A stretch of 59,985 nt of DNA from Escherichia phage vB_EcoS_OddieOddie, in the sequence record OL539454.1; one strand, given 5' to 3'. The position numbers were made by a program, and so were the translations under genes. The notes beneath the pieces were generated by a model. The model was given only the letters and a program-made list of their open reading frames with translations. It was not told the DNA's origin and made no database searches. Shown here piece by piece: positions 1 through 10,455 of this stretch (positions are counted from its first letter, which is position 1; every line of letters begins with the position of its first letter).

Positions 1-558
1 ATGAACGGGGCAAGTCAAGAGCAATATGATCGTGACTGGACGAACTATATCCAGTATGCAAATAGCTTGTCCGCTGACGAGATGGCAATACGTGACAAAG
101 TTGTTGCTGAGTATATGTTCGACTACAATTGGACTAACGCTTGCATGAGATGCGGGTTCAATGCTATGTTTGCACAGGAGCTTGGCCAACGCTTTGCCAC
201 GGACTGTTACGTTCGATGGAAGCTCAAGGAGATTGAAAGATCCCGTGTTCAACGTACTTCTGAGCAAGCTAACATTGAAGCAGACCTAGAGCGTCAGCAT
301 ATCATTGAAGCATTAAAACGTGAAGCTCATTATACAGGACCGGGATCTTCTCAAGCTGCTAGAGTAGCTGCATTGGGCAAGCTTGCACAAATTTATGATT
401 TGGATGCGCCCAAGAAGGCTAAAATTGATGTTACTAACAGAGGCGGCGTAATGATAGTCCCTGCTGTAGCAAATATTGACGAATGGGAAAAAACTGCATC
501 CGAGTCTCAACAACGACTAGTTAAAGAGACTGAAGATGGAGCTAAACCGACAACCTGA
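1..558 (+). CDS. putative terminase small subunit (first gene of packaging module)
   Basis: 185-aa ORF directly upstream of and overlapping the terminase large subunit gene; charged helical composition; call is by position only. Confidence 0.45.
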   Translation: MNGASQEQYDRDWTNYIQYANSLSADEMAIRDKVVAEYMFDYNWTNACMRCGFNAMFAQELGQRFATDCYVRWKLKEIERSRVQRTSEQANIEADLERQHIIEALKREAHYTGPGSSQAARVAALGKLAQIYDLDAPKKAKIDVTNRGGVMIVPAVANIDEWEKTASESQQRLVKETEDGAKPTT

Positions 559-2095
559 TAACATGCCGCGAGTAGTCTGGAAGCCACATCCAGGTTCACA
601 GACGCTCGCTTTATCCTGTCCTGCTGATATCATTTTATACCACGGTACTCGCGGTCCTGGAAAAACAGACTGCCAGCTTATGCGTTTCCGTAAGAATGTT
701 GGCGTAGGGTACGGTAAATTCTGGAAGGGTATTATATTCGACCGTGAATATAAAAACCTTGATGACCTTGTAACTAAGTCACAGCGTTGGTTTCCTGAAT
801 TTAAAGATGGTGCTAAATTCCTTAGCTCGAAGTCTGATTATAAATGGGTTTGGCCTACTGGGGAAGAATTGCTGTTCCGTGTTGCTTGCAAAGAAAAGGA
901 TTATTGGTCTTATCATGGTCACGAATACCCGTTTATCGGATGGAACGAATTAACAAAGTATCCGGACGGGCGTTTGTTTGAAGCAATGATGTCCTGTAAC
1001 CGTTCATCCTTCCTACCCGAAGATAATCCAATTATCAATCCGGACGGTACTGTTACATATTTACCAGACATTCCTCTGGAAGTGTTTGCTACCAGTAACC
1101 CGTTTGGTGCGGGGCATAACTGGGTTAAGAAACGCTTCATTGACGCTGCACCGATGGGTAAGATACTCAGGAAAACTACGCGAGTGTTTAACCCGCGGAC
1201 GCAGAAAGAGGAAGATGTGGTTACGACGCAATGTCATATCTTCGGATCTTACCGCGAGAACAAAAACCTGAGCCCGAAATATATTGCAGAGCTTATGTCC
1301 ATCACAGACCCGAACAAACGCGCTGCATGGTTGGGCGGTAGCTGGGATATCACCTCCGGTGGTATGTTCGATGATCTGTGGCGTAGCACTGTTCATAAAA
1401 TACGTCCATTTCCAATTCCTTCAAGCTGGAAGATTACACGTTCTTTCGACTGGGGTTCTTCAAAACCATTCTCTGTCGGCTGGTGGGCTATTAGTGATGG
1501 TTCGGATGTTGTACGTGAAGATGGTACTACATTCTCTACTGTTCGCGGTGACTTGTTCCGTATTAACGAATGGTACGGCACTAACGGTAAAACAAACGAA
1601 GGTCTACATTTGCTGGACTCAGAGATTGCAAGCGGTATACTGGAGCGGGAATTGGCCTGGGGTATACACGACCGTGTAGTTCCTGGACCTGCGGATAATT
1701 CTATTTGGGATCTGGAGAACAATAACTCTACCGCCGCAACAATGGCGAAGAAAATCCGTCTTAACGGCAAGCTGTATAACGGTATCCATTGGAAGAGAAG
1801 TGATAAATCTGCTGGGTCGCGTAAACGCGGATGGCAGAAAATGCGTGAGTTTCTTAAAGCTGCATTGCGGGAAGATGCAAACGGTAAACCTTTGCCGGGA
1901 CCACGTGAAAATCCAGCAATGTATGTTTTCGATAACTGCAATTATTTCTTTGAACTGGTTCCAAGTCTTCCGCGCGATGAAGTAGATCAGGACGACGTTG
2001 ATACGGAATGCGAAGACCATATGGGCGATGAAGTACGTTATATGGTTCTGGATCAAGCTGTTTATACAGGTGTTGGTAAAACTATCGGTATTTAA
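536..2095 (+). CDS. terminase large subunit
   Basis: 519-aa ORF with P-loop-like motif YHGTRGPGKTD near N-terminus; sits between small subunit candidate and portal. Confidence 0.8.
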   Translation: MELNRQPDNMPRVVWKPHPGSQTLALSCPADIILYHGTRGPGKTDCQLMRFRKNVGVGYGKFWKGIIFDREYKNLDDLVTKSQRWFPEFKDGAKFLSSKSDYKWVWPTGEELLFRVACKEKDYWSYHGHEYPFIGWNELTKYPDGRLFEAMMSCNRSSFLPEDNPIINPDGTVTYLPDIPLEVFATSNPFGAGHNWVKKRFIDAAPMGKILRKTTRVFNPRTQKEEDVVTTQCHIFGSYRENKNLSPKYIAELMSITDPNKRAAWLGGSWDITSGGMFDDLWRSTVHKIRPFPIPSSWKITRSFDWGSSKPFSVGWWAISDGSDVVREDGTTFSTVRGDLFRINEWYGTNGKTNEGLHLLDSEIASGILERELAWGIHDRVVPGPADNSIWDLENNNSTAATMAKKIRLNGKLYNGIHWKRSDKSAGSRKRGWQKMREFLKAALREDANGKPLPGPRENPAMYVFDNCNYFFELVPSLPRDEVDQDDVDTECEDHMGDEVRYMVLDQAVYTGVGKTIGI

Positions 2096-2106
2096 CTGGA
2101 GGGTAT

Positions 2107-3603
2107 ATGGGTATTGATGCAACTCACCCGCTATATGACAAGTGGAAGGATGCATGGGTTAAGTGCAACGACTGTTATGAGGGTGAAGATAAAATTAAGG
2201 AAGAAGGTGTTAAATATCTACCACCTTTAGCTTCCATGATTATTGATGGGATGAATAATCCTAATGATTTGGGCTTTCAACGTTGGCTCGCTTATCGCCT
2301 GCGTGCTAACTTCCCTGACGATTATTCAAGTGCGGTCACAAACAATTTAGGTCTGTTGCACCAGAAGCCACCTACAATCCAGCTTCCTCCTGAAATGGAG
2401 TACATGCGGGAGCTGTGTACTGCGGACGGTGAAGACATTATTGCTCTGCTACGTCGCATCAACGAAATGCAGTTAAAAAATGGACGTTTGGGCCTGCTGC
2501 TGGACTTGCCGAAAGGTGAGGATGTAAATAACAGACCTTATATTAGCGTTTATGATGCTTTATCCATTATCAACTGGGATGATGGTAAAGATGAATTAGG
2601 TAATATCAACTTGAACATGGTTGTTCTGGATGAAAGCGGTCCTGTACGTGTCAATCAGTTTGACTGGAAAGAAGAGAAGCGTTATCGCGTCCTGCAATTA
2701 GGCCCGATGGACACAGATGAAGTTGCAGGTGGGGCGGTCTACTCCCAGCATTTGTTTATCAACAATACCAATTATGATGAAGGGCAAATGATTGCTCCTT
2801 ATTATAAAGGTAACACGCTGGACGAAATACCTTTCCAGTTTGTCAATACAACAGATATTACACCAGCACCGGAAGCGCCTCCATTGTTGGGGCTAGCTAA
2901 CATCTGCCTAAGCATGTACCGAAGTGATGCTGATTACCGTCAGAGTCTGCATATGCAGGGGCAGGACACATTAGTTGTTGTTGGCGGCACTGGGGAGAAT
3001 GGAGATAAAGCCCCTCAGCGCATCGGTCCTGGAGCGGTCATTAACGTTGCTATTGGTGGTGACGCTAAATATGTAGGCGTTAGCGGTGACGGTTTGTCCG
3101 AGCAACGCCTTGCACTAGCAGCGGATAAACAAGAAGCTCAGATTAAAGCCGGGCAGATGGTGAACAACACCAAGAGCACGCAGGAATCAGGCGAAGCTAT
3201 GAAAACGCGTATTGCTGCGCGTACCGCTAGCCTGATTCGAATTGCGTATACTGGTGCGGCAGGTTTGGAAAACTTGCTGAAGGTTTGTGCTAAATGGATG
3301 GGTGCGGATCCCGAGAAGGTTGTGGTTAAGCCTAATCTTGAATTTACCAAGAGTATGTTCAATGGTCAGGACTTTGTTCAAATTATTGCTGCACGCAACC
3401 TTAAGGCTCCGATCAGCTTGCAGTCTATTCATGGCTGGCTTGTTGATCAGGGCTTAACCACACTAAGCTTTGAAGAAGAAATGGCAATTCTTGAAGAAGA
3501 GCTTAAGAAGTGGCCTCTGCCCGATGATGCTAAGGCTGATTTAAACGCAGAGCAGCAAGTAAACAAAGATCCTAAGGAAGACGACGCTTCCGATAAAGAA
3601 TAG
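2107..3603 (+). CDS. portal protein
   Basis: 498-aa ORF immediately after terminase, acidic C-terminus, SD GGAGGG upstream; synteny. Confidence 0.7.
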   Translation: MGIDATHPLYDKWKDAWVKCNDCYEGEDKIKEEGVKYLPPLASMIIDGMNNPNDLGFQRWLAYRLRANFPDDYSSAVTNNLGLLHQKPPTIQLPPEMEYMRELCTADGEDIIALLRRINEMQLKNGRLGLLLDLPKGEDVNNRPYISVYDALSIINWDDGKDELGNINLNMVVLDESGPVRVNQFDWKEEKRYRVLQLGPMDTDEVAGGAVYSQHLFINNTNYDEGQMIAPYYKGNTLDEIPFQFVNTTDITPAPEAPPLLGLANICLSMYRSDADYRQSLHMQGQDTLVVVGGTGENGDKAPQRIGPGAVINVAIGGDAKYVGVSGDGLSEQRLALAADKQEAQIKAGQMVNNTKSTQESGEAMKTRIAARTASLIRIAYTGAAGLENLLKVCAKWMGADPEKVVVKPNLEFTKSMFNGQDFVQIIAARNLKAPISLQSIHGWLVDQGLTTLSFEEEMAILEEELKKWPLPDDAKADLNAEQQVNKDPKEDDASDKE

Positions 3604-3698
3604 TTGCAACTTCCAAATTGATTGGTTTATATTAACGAACACGGGGCTGGGACGGCTCAGCCCCAAAAACGTCACACGGGTGACAACGGAGATAAGAA

Positions 3699-4571
3699 AT
3701 GAAAAAGAGTTCTGTAGCTATTAGTGTTGGTTTTGCTCTAATTAATCCACGCGCTCGCGGTGAAGGTGATGTGGAACTGGAATACGAATATGCATCTGCG
3801 GAAGAGATCCCGGCAGAGTTTGCTGCCCTTTACGCAGAGCAGGGTGGTAAATACGTTCTTGCAAAAGTTAAAGGTGTAGCACCTGCTGATAGCGTTCGTC
3901 GTCTGGAAAGTGCATTAGCAAAAGAACGTAACGATCATCGTCAGGTGAAGCAACAGATTAGCGCACTTGGACGTCCGGTTGAAGAAGTTCTTGCGGACCT
4001 TGATCGTATCCCTCAACTGGAAGCTGCCGCTAACGGTAAAGGTACTCCGGAAGACATCGAAAAGATGGTTAAAGCTCGTCTTGCGCCGCTTGAGCGCCAA
4101 TTGCAAACTGTTATCACCGAGCGTGACACGGTTAAGCAGGAAATTGAAGGCTACCGCACTCGCGAAACTAAAGCGAAGATTAAAGATGCAGTTATTGCCG
4201 CTGCTTCTGGTGCTAAATTGCGTCCATCTGCTATCGAAGACGCTGTAACTTATGCACAGTTGCAGATGACCGTCGACGAGAACGGCAATGTGGTTACGAA
4301 AGATGGGGCTGGTGTAACTCCATACCTAACTCCAGCGGATTGGCTTAACGAGATCCTCCCGAAACGTCCTCACTGGGTCGAGGGTTCTGCTGGTGGTGGT
4401 GCATCTGGTCCTGGCGCTGGAGGCCATCACGGTGAAGACCCATACAGTCACGACGGTTGGAACATCTCTAAGCAGATGAACCTCTGGAAAACTAACCAAT
4501 CTTTAGCTAAACGCTTAGCTGAAAAGAATGGCGTAGATCCGCTGAAGCCTGTACGTCCTGCTAAGAAATAA
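3699..4571 (+). CDS. putative scaffolding protein
   Basis: 290-aa charged, helical (K/E/A-rich) ORF between portal and capsid genes; synteny only. Confidence 0.45.
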   Translation: MKKSSVAISVGFALINPRARGEGDVELEYEYASAEEIPAEFAALYAEQGGKYVLAKVKGVAPADSVRRLESALAKERNDHRQVKQQISALGRPVEEVLADLDRIPQLEAAANGKGTPEDIEKMVKARLAPLERQLQTVITERDTVKQEIEGYRTRETKAKIKDAVIAAASGAKLRPSAIEDAVTYAQLQMTVDENGNVVTKDGAGVTPYLTPADWLNEILPKRPHWVEGSAGGGASGPGAGGHHGEDPYSHDGWNISKQMNLWKTNQSLAKRLAEKNGVDPLKPVRPAKK

Positions 4572-4693
4572 GTTGACATCCCGACGTCCCTGATGTTAAG
4601 TTTCAACACATCAGGGACACGGGTTCCTAAACAGCCTTCCACGGGGAAAGGCTACCAACAGTAAACAAATCAATCCTTTTCCTGGAGACAAGT

Positions 4694-5755
4694 ATGTCTA
4701 AATCTAAAATTATTCTACCATTTGGTCGTGGTGAAACTGACCTGACTCGTTTGAAGGATGTCATTGTCCCTGAGATCTTCACTGGTTATGTGCAGACGCA
4801 GACCGCTGAACTTTCTGCCCTGATCCAATCCGGTGCGGTTGTAATGGACGAGCGTTTATCTGCTAACCTTGCTGGTGCAGGTTTGACTTTTAACGAGCCG
4901 TTCTATAATGACCTGAAAGACGAAGACGAAGATATTGCGATCGATAAAGGTGCTCCGTCCAAACCGTCAAACATCACTACCGGATCTGAAGTTCAGGTTC
5001 GTATGAGTCGTTCAAAATCCTGGGGTTCTGCGGATCTGGTATCTGCTTTGATTGGTAACGACCCAATGACCGCTATCGGCAACCGCGTGTCTGCGTGGTG
5101 GGTTCGCCGTCTGCAAGCTGCATACATCGCAACCTGGAAAGGTGTATTTGCTAATGCGAAGAAATCCCATAACGACGATTTGACTTTCGATATTTCCGGT
5201 TCTTCGTTTGTAAACAACCAGACCAACTTTACCGCGTCTAACTTCATCAACGCAACGGCAACGATGGGTGATGCTGCTCGTGGTCTGACCATGATTATGG
5301 TACACTCTACCGTTCGTAACCGTATGCGTCAGTTGAACCTGATCGACTTCATTCCAGATGCTCGCGGTGAAACTCAGTTTGAGTATTATCAGGGTCTGCG
5401 TATTATTGAAGACGACTCCATGCCGCACGATCCGGCTACTGGTATCTTTGAAAGCTGGCTGTTCGGCCCGGGCGCGACTGCAATGGGTGCTGGTTCACCA
5501 AAAGTTCCGACCGCTGTGGTTCGTGACGAAGCTGCTAACAATGGCGCTGGTGAAGAAGTTCTTCACAACCGTGTTGAATGGATTCTGCATCCGGTCGGTC
5601 ATGCTTGGGCTGCTGCCCAAACTGCTAAAGGTGGTCCGTCTAACGCTGCTACCACTAACAACCTGGCCCATGAAGATTCCTGGCGTCGTGCGTTCCCTGA
5701 GCGCAAGCAGCTTAAAGTCGCACGCCTGATCACTCGTGAGTATCAGGGTTCCTAA
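4694..5755 (+). CDS. major capsid protein
   Basis: 353-aa ORF after scaffold candidate, followed by a strong terminator; synteny and size. Confidence 0.65.
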   Translation: MSKSKIILPFGRGETDLTRLKDVIVPEIFTGYVQTQTAELSALIQSGAVVMDERLSANLAGAGLTFNEPFYNDLKDEDEDIAIDKGAPSKPSNITTGSEVQVRMSRSKSWGSADLVSALIGNDPMTAIGNRVSAWWVRRLQAAYIATWKGVFANAKKSHNDDLTFDISGSSFVNNQTNFTASNFINATATMGDAARGLTMIMVHSTVRNRMRQLNLIDFIPDARGETQFEYYQGLRIIEDDSMPHDPATGIFESWLFGPGATAMGAGSPKVPTAVVRDEAANNGAGEEVLHNRVEWILHPVGHAWAAAQTAKGGPSNAATTNNLAHEDSWRRAFPERKQLKVARLITREYQGS

Positions 5756-5776
5756 GGCTTCACTCAACGCCGCGCT

Positions 5777-5802
5777 GTAGTATTTTGGGGACATTTATGT
5801 CC
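5777..5802 (+). terminator. rho-independent terminator after capsid gene
   Basis: GGGGACAT-TT-ATGTCCCC hairpin followed by TCTTTTTT. Confidence 0.6.
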
Positions 5803-5824
5803 CCTCTTTTTTAGGAGAACAACC

Positions 5825-6148
5825 ATGCGTTATCAACGTTATGAACGACATGACTTGATGGAAAAATCGTTGCAGGTGGAGCCAATTTCGATTACTCTCG
5901 ATCCTGCTAAGATTGACACCACAACTTCAGAAGTAAAGACGGTTACTGTTAAAATAAACTTTGTCCCAGGCGGAACTACAAACAAAGCGTATAGCGCGTC
6001 AGTTGACGGTTCCTCTGCTACAATTAAAGACAACGGGGACGGTACAATTACCGTGACCACAACCGCAAGTAGTGGTACTTCAAACTTGACAGTAACGTCC
6101 AAGGCAAAGGATAGTGTTACTGGTACATGTGTTATTAATGTGACCTAA
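5825..6148 (+). CDS. Ig-like domain protein (possible capsid decoration)
   Basis: 107-aa T/S/V-rich beta-type sequence (TVTVKINF...TITVTTTASSGTSNLTVTS) typical of bacterial Ig-like folds; follows capsid gene. Confidence 0.45.
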   Translation: MRYQRYERHDLMEKSLQVEPISITLDPAKIDTTTSEVKTVTVKINFVPGGTTNKAYSASVDGSSATIKDNGDGTITVTTTASSGTSNLTVTSKAKDSVTGTCVINVT

Positions 6149-6164
6149 AAATAAGGATTAAACA

Positions 6165-6818
6165 ATGAAGACATTAATTGAAGCATTGTTAGAACTTGAT
6201 CCGGATAACCCGAATCATTGGACCAGCGATGGCTTACCTAAAGTTGACGCTCTGCGTTTCGCTACCGCTAACCCGTCTTTAACCCGCGACGATATTACAA
6301 CTGCTGCTCCGCTGTTTACCCGCGATAACCGCGTGCTGGAAGAGCCAGAGCCAGTGGAACCTGTTAAATCTGCTGATCCAGTTTTACATGAAGCTGTCAA
6401 ACAGGAGAAAGCTCATGAAGAACAAAAGAAAGTCGCGGTTGCAACGATGCAAATCGAAGTTAAGATTAGCGAAGCACTGCGTGCTCTTCTGGAGCCGGAA
6501 AAAATCGGTGACACTTCCAGCTTAACCGATGAAGAACTGAAAGCGAAGCGTGAAAAGCTTAGCAATGTGGTTAAAGAGATTGCTGACACTAAGCACGCGC
6601 TGGAGCTTGCTATTGCCGACGTTCAAGCGGATCTGGATAAGATTATCGTTGAGCAGGAAAGTCGTCGTCCTAAGTCCGGTCTTACTGCAACTCAGATGTA
6701 TCTCGAGGCGCAGAAAAAACGTAAACCTGAAGACATGCTTTCTGACCATCGCTTCCAGAACCCTATCGACGATCCGGTTGCCCGTATGGTTGCACGTAAT
6801 ATGATGCGTCGAGGTTAA
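6165..6818 (+). CDS. hypothetical structural-module protein
   Basis: 217-aa ORF in late arm, SD upstream. Confidence 0.45.
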   Translation: MKTLIEALLELDPDNPNHWTSDGLPKVDALRFATANPSLTRDDITTAAPLFTRDNRVLEEPEPVEPVKSADPVLHEAVKQEKAHEEQKKVAVATMQIEVKISEALRALLEPEKIGDTSSLTDEELKAKREKLSNVVKEIADTKHALELAIADVQADLDKIIVEQESRRPKSGLTATQMYLEAQKKRKPEDMLSDHRFQNPIDDPVARMVARNMMRRG

Positions 6819-6956
6819 TCATGGAAATGAGCCATAGACAATATGTGTTGTGGCTCCTCCGACGTAATAGAAAACGGCGTCAAGAAGACGCCGTTTCTGT
6901 TCCTGAAGAAGGGCTCCCGCCACTTATCCCTACAACCATCGCAATGAGGAAGAAAG

Positions 6957-7463
6957 ATGGAGATTCCACTGATAGTTGAAGATGGTACTGGTGTATCTGA
7001 CGCCAACAGTTATGTGACCATTGAACAAGTCCGCATGTATGCCGCAATGCGAGGTATTGTACTTCCAAGTGAAGATGAAGATCTAAAGACAAAGATCTTC
7101 GACGCTATGGATTTTGTGGAAGGGTACGGTCAACGGTTTAAGGGTTACAAAATGGACCCACAGCAACCGCTAAATTGGCCACGCTACGGGGTGTTTGTGG
7201 ATGGGTTCGAGCTACCCCAAAGCCCTTTGCCAAAGGCGCTTATAAACGCGGTTTGCCAGCTTACAGCGGACTCTGCATCTGGCGGTCCTCTTAACGGTAA
7301 AACTACAGCATATGCAGTCAAAAGAACTAAAGTGGAAGGGCTTGAGATTGAATATGCAACTGGTAGTACCGCGCAATCCGGACCAGCAAAGACTTACGAT
7401 AAAGCAATGACGTTTTTATCACCTTTGCTGGGTTATCAAATGGGTAACAGGTTAATACGGTGA
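6957..7463 (+). CDS. putative head-tail connector/adaptor protein
   Basis: 168-aa ORF in conserved head-tail joining position; synteny only. Confidence 0.4.
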   Translation: MEIPLIVEDGTGVSDANSYVTIEQVRMYAAMRGIVLPSEDEDLKTKIFDAMDFVEGYGQRFKGYKMDPQQPLNWPRYGVFVDGFELPQSPLPKALINAVCQLTADSASGGPLNGKTTAYAVKRTKVEGLEIEYATGSTAQSGPAKTYDKAMTFLSPLLGYQMGNRLIR

Positions 7464-7466
7464 TTT

Positions 7467-7847
7467 ATGAGCTTTCCTTATGAGCAGTTAGTTGAAGCTG
7501 CAAAGCAAATGATCAACGACGCTGGCGTGAACTGTACCCTTGTGGTCATGGAAAAAGGAGAAGGTCAAGATGAGTGGGACGATCCTAGTGTTGAAAAACG
7601 CTACCCATTTATCGGAGCTTTTCTTTCTCCGAAGGAAAAAATGATCGGTGGGAGCCTTGTTGCTACTGGCGAATTGAAAGTCTTAACCTATCCAATGACT
7701 CCACCATTGACACGAGATAAAGCAATGACTGCACGCATTGAGCGTATGTCTCCTGATGGTGAGTTGGAAGTATGGACAATTAACGAGTTCGTTGATACAA
7801 GACCTGCTAATGTTTCTGTTCTTTATACTTTCAAGGTGACGCGATAA
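7467..7847 (+). CDS. putative head closure protein
   Basis: 126-aa ORF tightly packed after previous gene; synteny only. Confidence 0.35.
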   Translation: MSFPYEQLVEAAKQMINDAGVNCTLVVMEKGEGQDEWDDPSVEKRYPFIGAFLSPKEKMIGGSLVATGELKVLTYPMTPPLTRDKAMTARIERMSPDGELEVWTINEFVDTRPANVSVLYTFKVTR

Positions 7848-8254
7848 TGGGATTCGGAGCGGATATACGGCGTGCAAGTCAAAAGGTGCTTGTCCAGACT
7901 GGGGAGCAAGCCAAAAAGGTTGTTGTCAAGTTCACGGAGAATGTAATTCAGGATACTCCTGTTAAGACCGGACGTACAAAAGGCGGTTGGCGTTCATCCA
8001 TTGGTGCACCATATGCGACGGAAACTATCCGCCTCGATCCTACTGGGGAATTAGCTAAAGCGGAAGCTAGGGTTATCGTAAGACAGTTGCCAGATGATAA
8101 AGACTGGACTTTCTACTTTAGCAACTTAACCCCGTATGCTCCGAAACTTGAATATCTTGGTTGGTCGCAGCAAGCGCCAAATGGCATGGTGCGTATTAAC
8201 GTAGCGAAGCTACCAATGTTGATACGCCAAGCTATTGTAGAAGGAAAACTATAA
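7847..8254 (+). CDS. putative neck/tail completion protein
   Basis: 135-aa ORF, start overlaps upstream stop (ATGA-type coupling); synteny only. Confidence 0.35.
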   Translation: MGFGADIRRASQKVLVQTGEQAKKVVVKFTENVIQDTPVKTGRTKGGWRSSIGAPYATETIRLDPTGELAKAEARVIVRQLPDDKDWTFYFSNLTPYAPKLEYLGWSQQAPNGMVRINVAKLPMLIRQAIVEGKL

Positions 8255-8703
8255 TGCTGGGATACGATTTTATCAATGACGCATTTAATAAGATGCTACG
8301 CGAAGCCGTTGGACCGGATATAGGTATAGCGTGGAAGAACAAGAAGTTTACACCTAAAGCGAATCAGATGTGGTTAAAGGCAATCAATGCACCTGCATCT
8401 ACATACGCGGCAACGTTAGGTGACAACGGTCTGAATGAAATTCCAGGATTCTATCAAGTTACAGTGTACAGTCCGTTAAACACTGGAACGTCTAAACAGA
8501 ATCAAATCTTGGATTCCATTCGGAAAAAGTTTAAACTGGGCTTGCGTATCCCGTGCCCGGATGACCACACGATACGAATTGTCAGCTTAGACTTTTCGCA
8601 GGGTGGACAAACTTCGCTGAATAATTTTACCAGAGGCGGGGTTGAAGACAACTGGGACGTTAACTTTATTACAATCTATTGGTCGGCTCGTGAGCCGAGG
8701 TAA
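8254..8703 (+). CDS. putative tail terminator/completion protein
   Basis: 149-aa ORF immediately upstream of major tail protein; synteny only. Confidence 0.35.
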   Translation: MLGYDFINDAFNKMLREAVGPDIGIAWKNKKFTPKANQMWLKAINAPASTYAATLGDNGLNEIPGFYQVTVYSPLNTGTSKQNQILDSIRKKFKLGLRIPCPDDHTIRIVSLDFSQGGQTSLNNFTRGGVEDNWDVNFITIYWSAREPR

Positions 8704-8717
8704 GAGAGGATCTAAAT

Positions 8718-9641
8718 ATGGCTACAGGTTCACGTTATTCGTGTTATTACGTCAAAGAAGATGTGAGCAACACAACTCCAGCAAGCGCGAAGTTTACCCC
8801 GTTTCGTGTAACGAGTTCCGGTCTGGATATTAACATTGCGACGCTGGAGTCTGAAGAACTGCGTGATGACGCAGAAACCGCAGACTTCCGTCTTGGCGCT
8901 CGAAGCGTTGAAGGTACGGTAACAGGTGAAATGTCCTTCGGTACGTTTGACGACCTCATTGCGGCAGCACTGCGCGGTGAATGGCAGGACAACGTCCTTA
9001 AAGGTGGTATTGTTCGCCAGTCATTTACTTTTGTAGACTATAACGCAGATCTGCCATCAGGTAAATACACAATCTATCGCGGTTGTGAAGTTAACAGCAT
9101 GACTTTCTCATTGTCTGCTGAAAACATGACCACAGTAGAGTTCGGCATTGTTGGTCGCTCGATGGAAATTGCTGAATCACTTCCTGCTGGTGCTTCCATC
9201 AAAGCTCGTACAACTTCTTCACCGATGGACGGCTTCTCCGGTCGCTTGCTGGAAGGCGGTCAGGAGATTAGCGTTATTACGGAAATCGGTCTTACCGTTG
9301 AAAACGATATCTCTCCGCGCTTCGTTGTTGGCTCGAAGTTCTCCATTGAACCGTCTGCTGGTCGCCGTGCTGTAACTGGTACAGCTAACGTTTACTTCCT
9401 GGATAACAAACTGCGTAAGAAGTATCTGGACGAAGTGGAAACTTCAATCAAGTTTGATTTGATTGACCCAAGCAATCCGCAACAAAAATACACTGTGGAA
9501 ATCCCTCGCGTGAAATTCACAGAGGCTCCGCGTCCTATTGACGGTGAAGGCGATATCATGCTTAATATGGGCTACCGCGGATTGCTGGACCCAACAACCG
9601 CAAGTTCCATCAAAATTACCCGCGTTTTAGCGGCAGCATAA
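8718..9641 (+). CDS. major tail protein
   Basis: 307-aa ORF with strong SD, located just before the chaperone and tape measure genes. Confidence 0.55.
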   Translation: MATGSRYSCYYVKEDVSNTTPASAKFTPFRVTSSGLDINIATLESEELRDDAETADFRLGARSVEGTVTGEMSFGTFDDLIAAALRGEWQDNVLKGGIVRQSFTFVDYNADLPSGKYTIYRGCEVNSMTFSLSAENMTTVEFGIVGRSMEIAESLPAGASIKARTTSSPMDGFSGRLLEGGQEISVITEIGLTVENDISPRFVVGSKFSIEPSAGRRAVTGTANVYFLDNKLRKKYLDEVETSIKFDLIDPSNPQQKYTVEIPRVKFTEAPRPIDGEGDIMLNMGYRGLLDPTTASSIKITRVLAAA

Positions 9642-9650
9642 GGATAAGAA

Positions 9651-10058
9651 ATGACCGACACCAAAAAAGCCAAAGTTGCAGTAGCTAAAAGCTTCCGTGA
9701 TTTTAAAACTGTGAGCCGGGCAAATGATCCGGCAAACACTAAGCCTATGAATGTGGTTATTCCTGGTGTAGGCGACACTGGCGAAAAACTCTACATTCGT
9801 AGTCGCTACTGCACAGAGTATCGTGACGCAGAATTGAAAGCACAACGTCAACTGTTGGCACTTATGCAGGGTAAAGACGGTGAAGTAACGGATGCTATGA
9901 AGGAAGACATCCTTACCCGTTCACTGTGTAATCTTGTAGCAGGTTGGACGTTTGACGAGCCCCCAACTGTTGACAACGTGTTTGAGTTCTTAACGGAGAA
10001 CCCAACTGTCCGAGAAGACCTTAACGTATTTGCCGCTAAAGATAGTAATTTTTTCTAA
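9651..10058 (+). CDS. tail assembly chaperone (G-like)
   Basis: 135-aa acidic ORF immediately upstream of tape measure; ends at a slippery heptamer. Confidence 0.55.
   Translation: MTDTKKAKVAVAKSFRDFKTVSRANDPANTKPMNVVIPGVGDTGEKLYIRSRYCTEYRDAELKAQRQLLALMQGKDGEVTDAMKEDILTRSLCNLVAGWTFDEPPTVDNVFEFLTENPTVREDLNVFAAKDSNFF
10049..10055 (+). other. candidate -1 programmed ribosomal frameshift slippery site (T TTT TTC)
   Basis: Heptamer X XXY YYZ in the zero frame of the chaperone ORF, two codons before its stop; the -1 frame stays open to 10455. Confidence 0.5.
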
Positions 10059-10455
10059 AAGCGCGCAGACAGTTAATTGATAAGAAGATCCTCCAATGGG
10101 AACTAAATAGTAAAGTCCCCGGCGGGGGATCTTCTTTATTATCGCAACTGCAAAAGGTTGAGGAACAGTCTGGTAAGACGCCACCTAAGCTTAAAGAATA
10201 TCGGGAAAAGGAAATACCGATTTGCTTCGAATATCTATCTACTTTATTTGATGATATCTACACTGGAGGAGATTTTAGTTATACAGAATTGCACAGCTAT
10301 CAAGTGACAATGGGCTTACATCTTCAACCGTACGAATGCGAAATACTGCGGCAGCTATGGCTTGAAAAGCGCGTGTCAGAAGCTGAACAAAATGCTAAAC
10401 TCATGGAAAGTCAAATGCAAAATCAAAATAAAGGTAGAAGAAAAAGGAGAAGATA
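10049..10455 (+). CDS. frameshift extension of tail assembly chaperone (GT-like product)
   Basis: -1 frame is open for about 135 codons with no usable ATG until near its end, and stops immediately before the tape measure start at 10456. Confidence 0.45.

Noticed and set aside
1-558. First ORF as a 5'-truncated gene cut by the window edge
   Set aside because: The window end supplies a Shine-Dalgarno sequence directly upstream of the ATG at position 1, so the gene is probably complete in a circular genome
1061-2155. Several minus-strand ORFs inside the terminase large subunit gene
   Set aside because: They lie fully within a well-supported plus-strand gene and have no ribosome-binding sites or plausible composition
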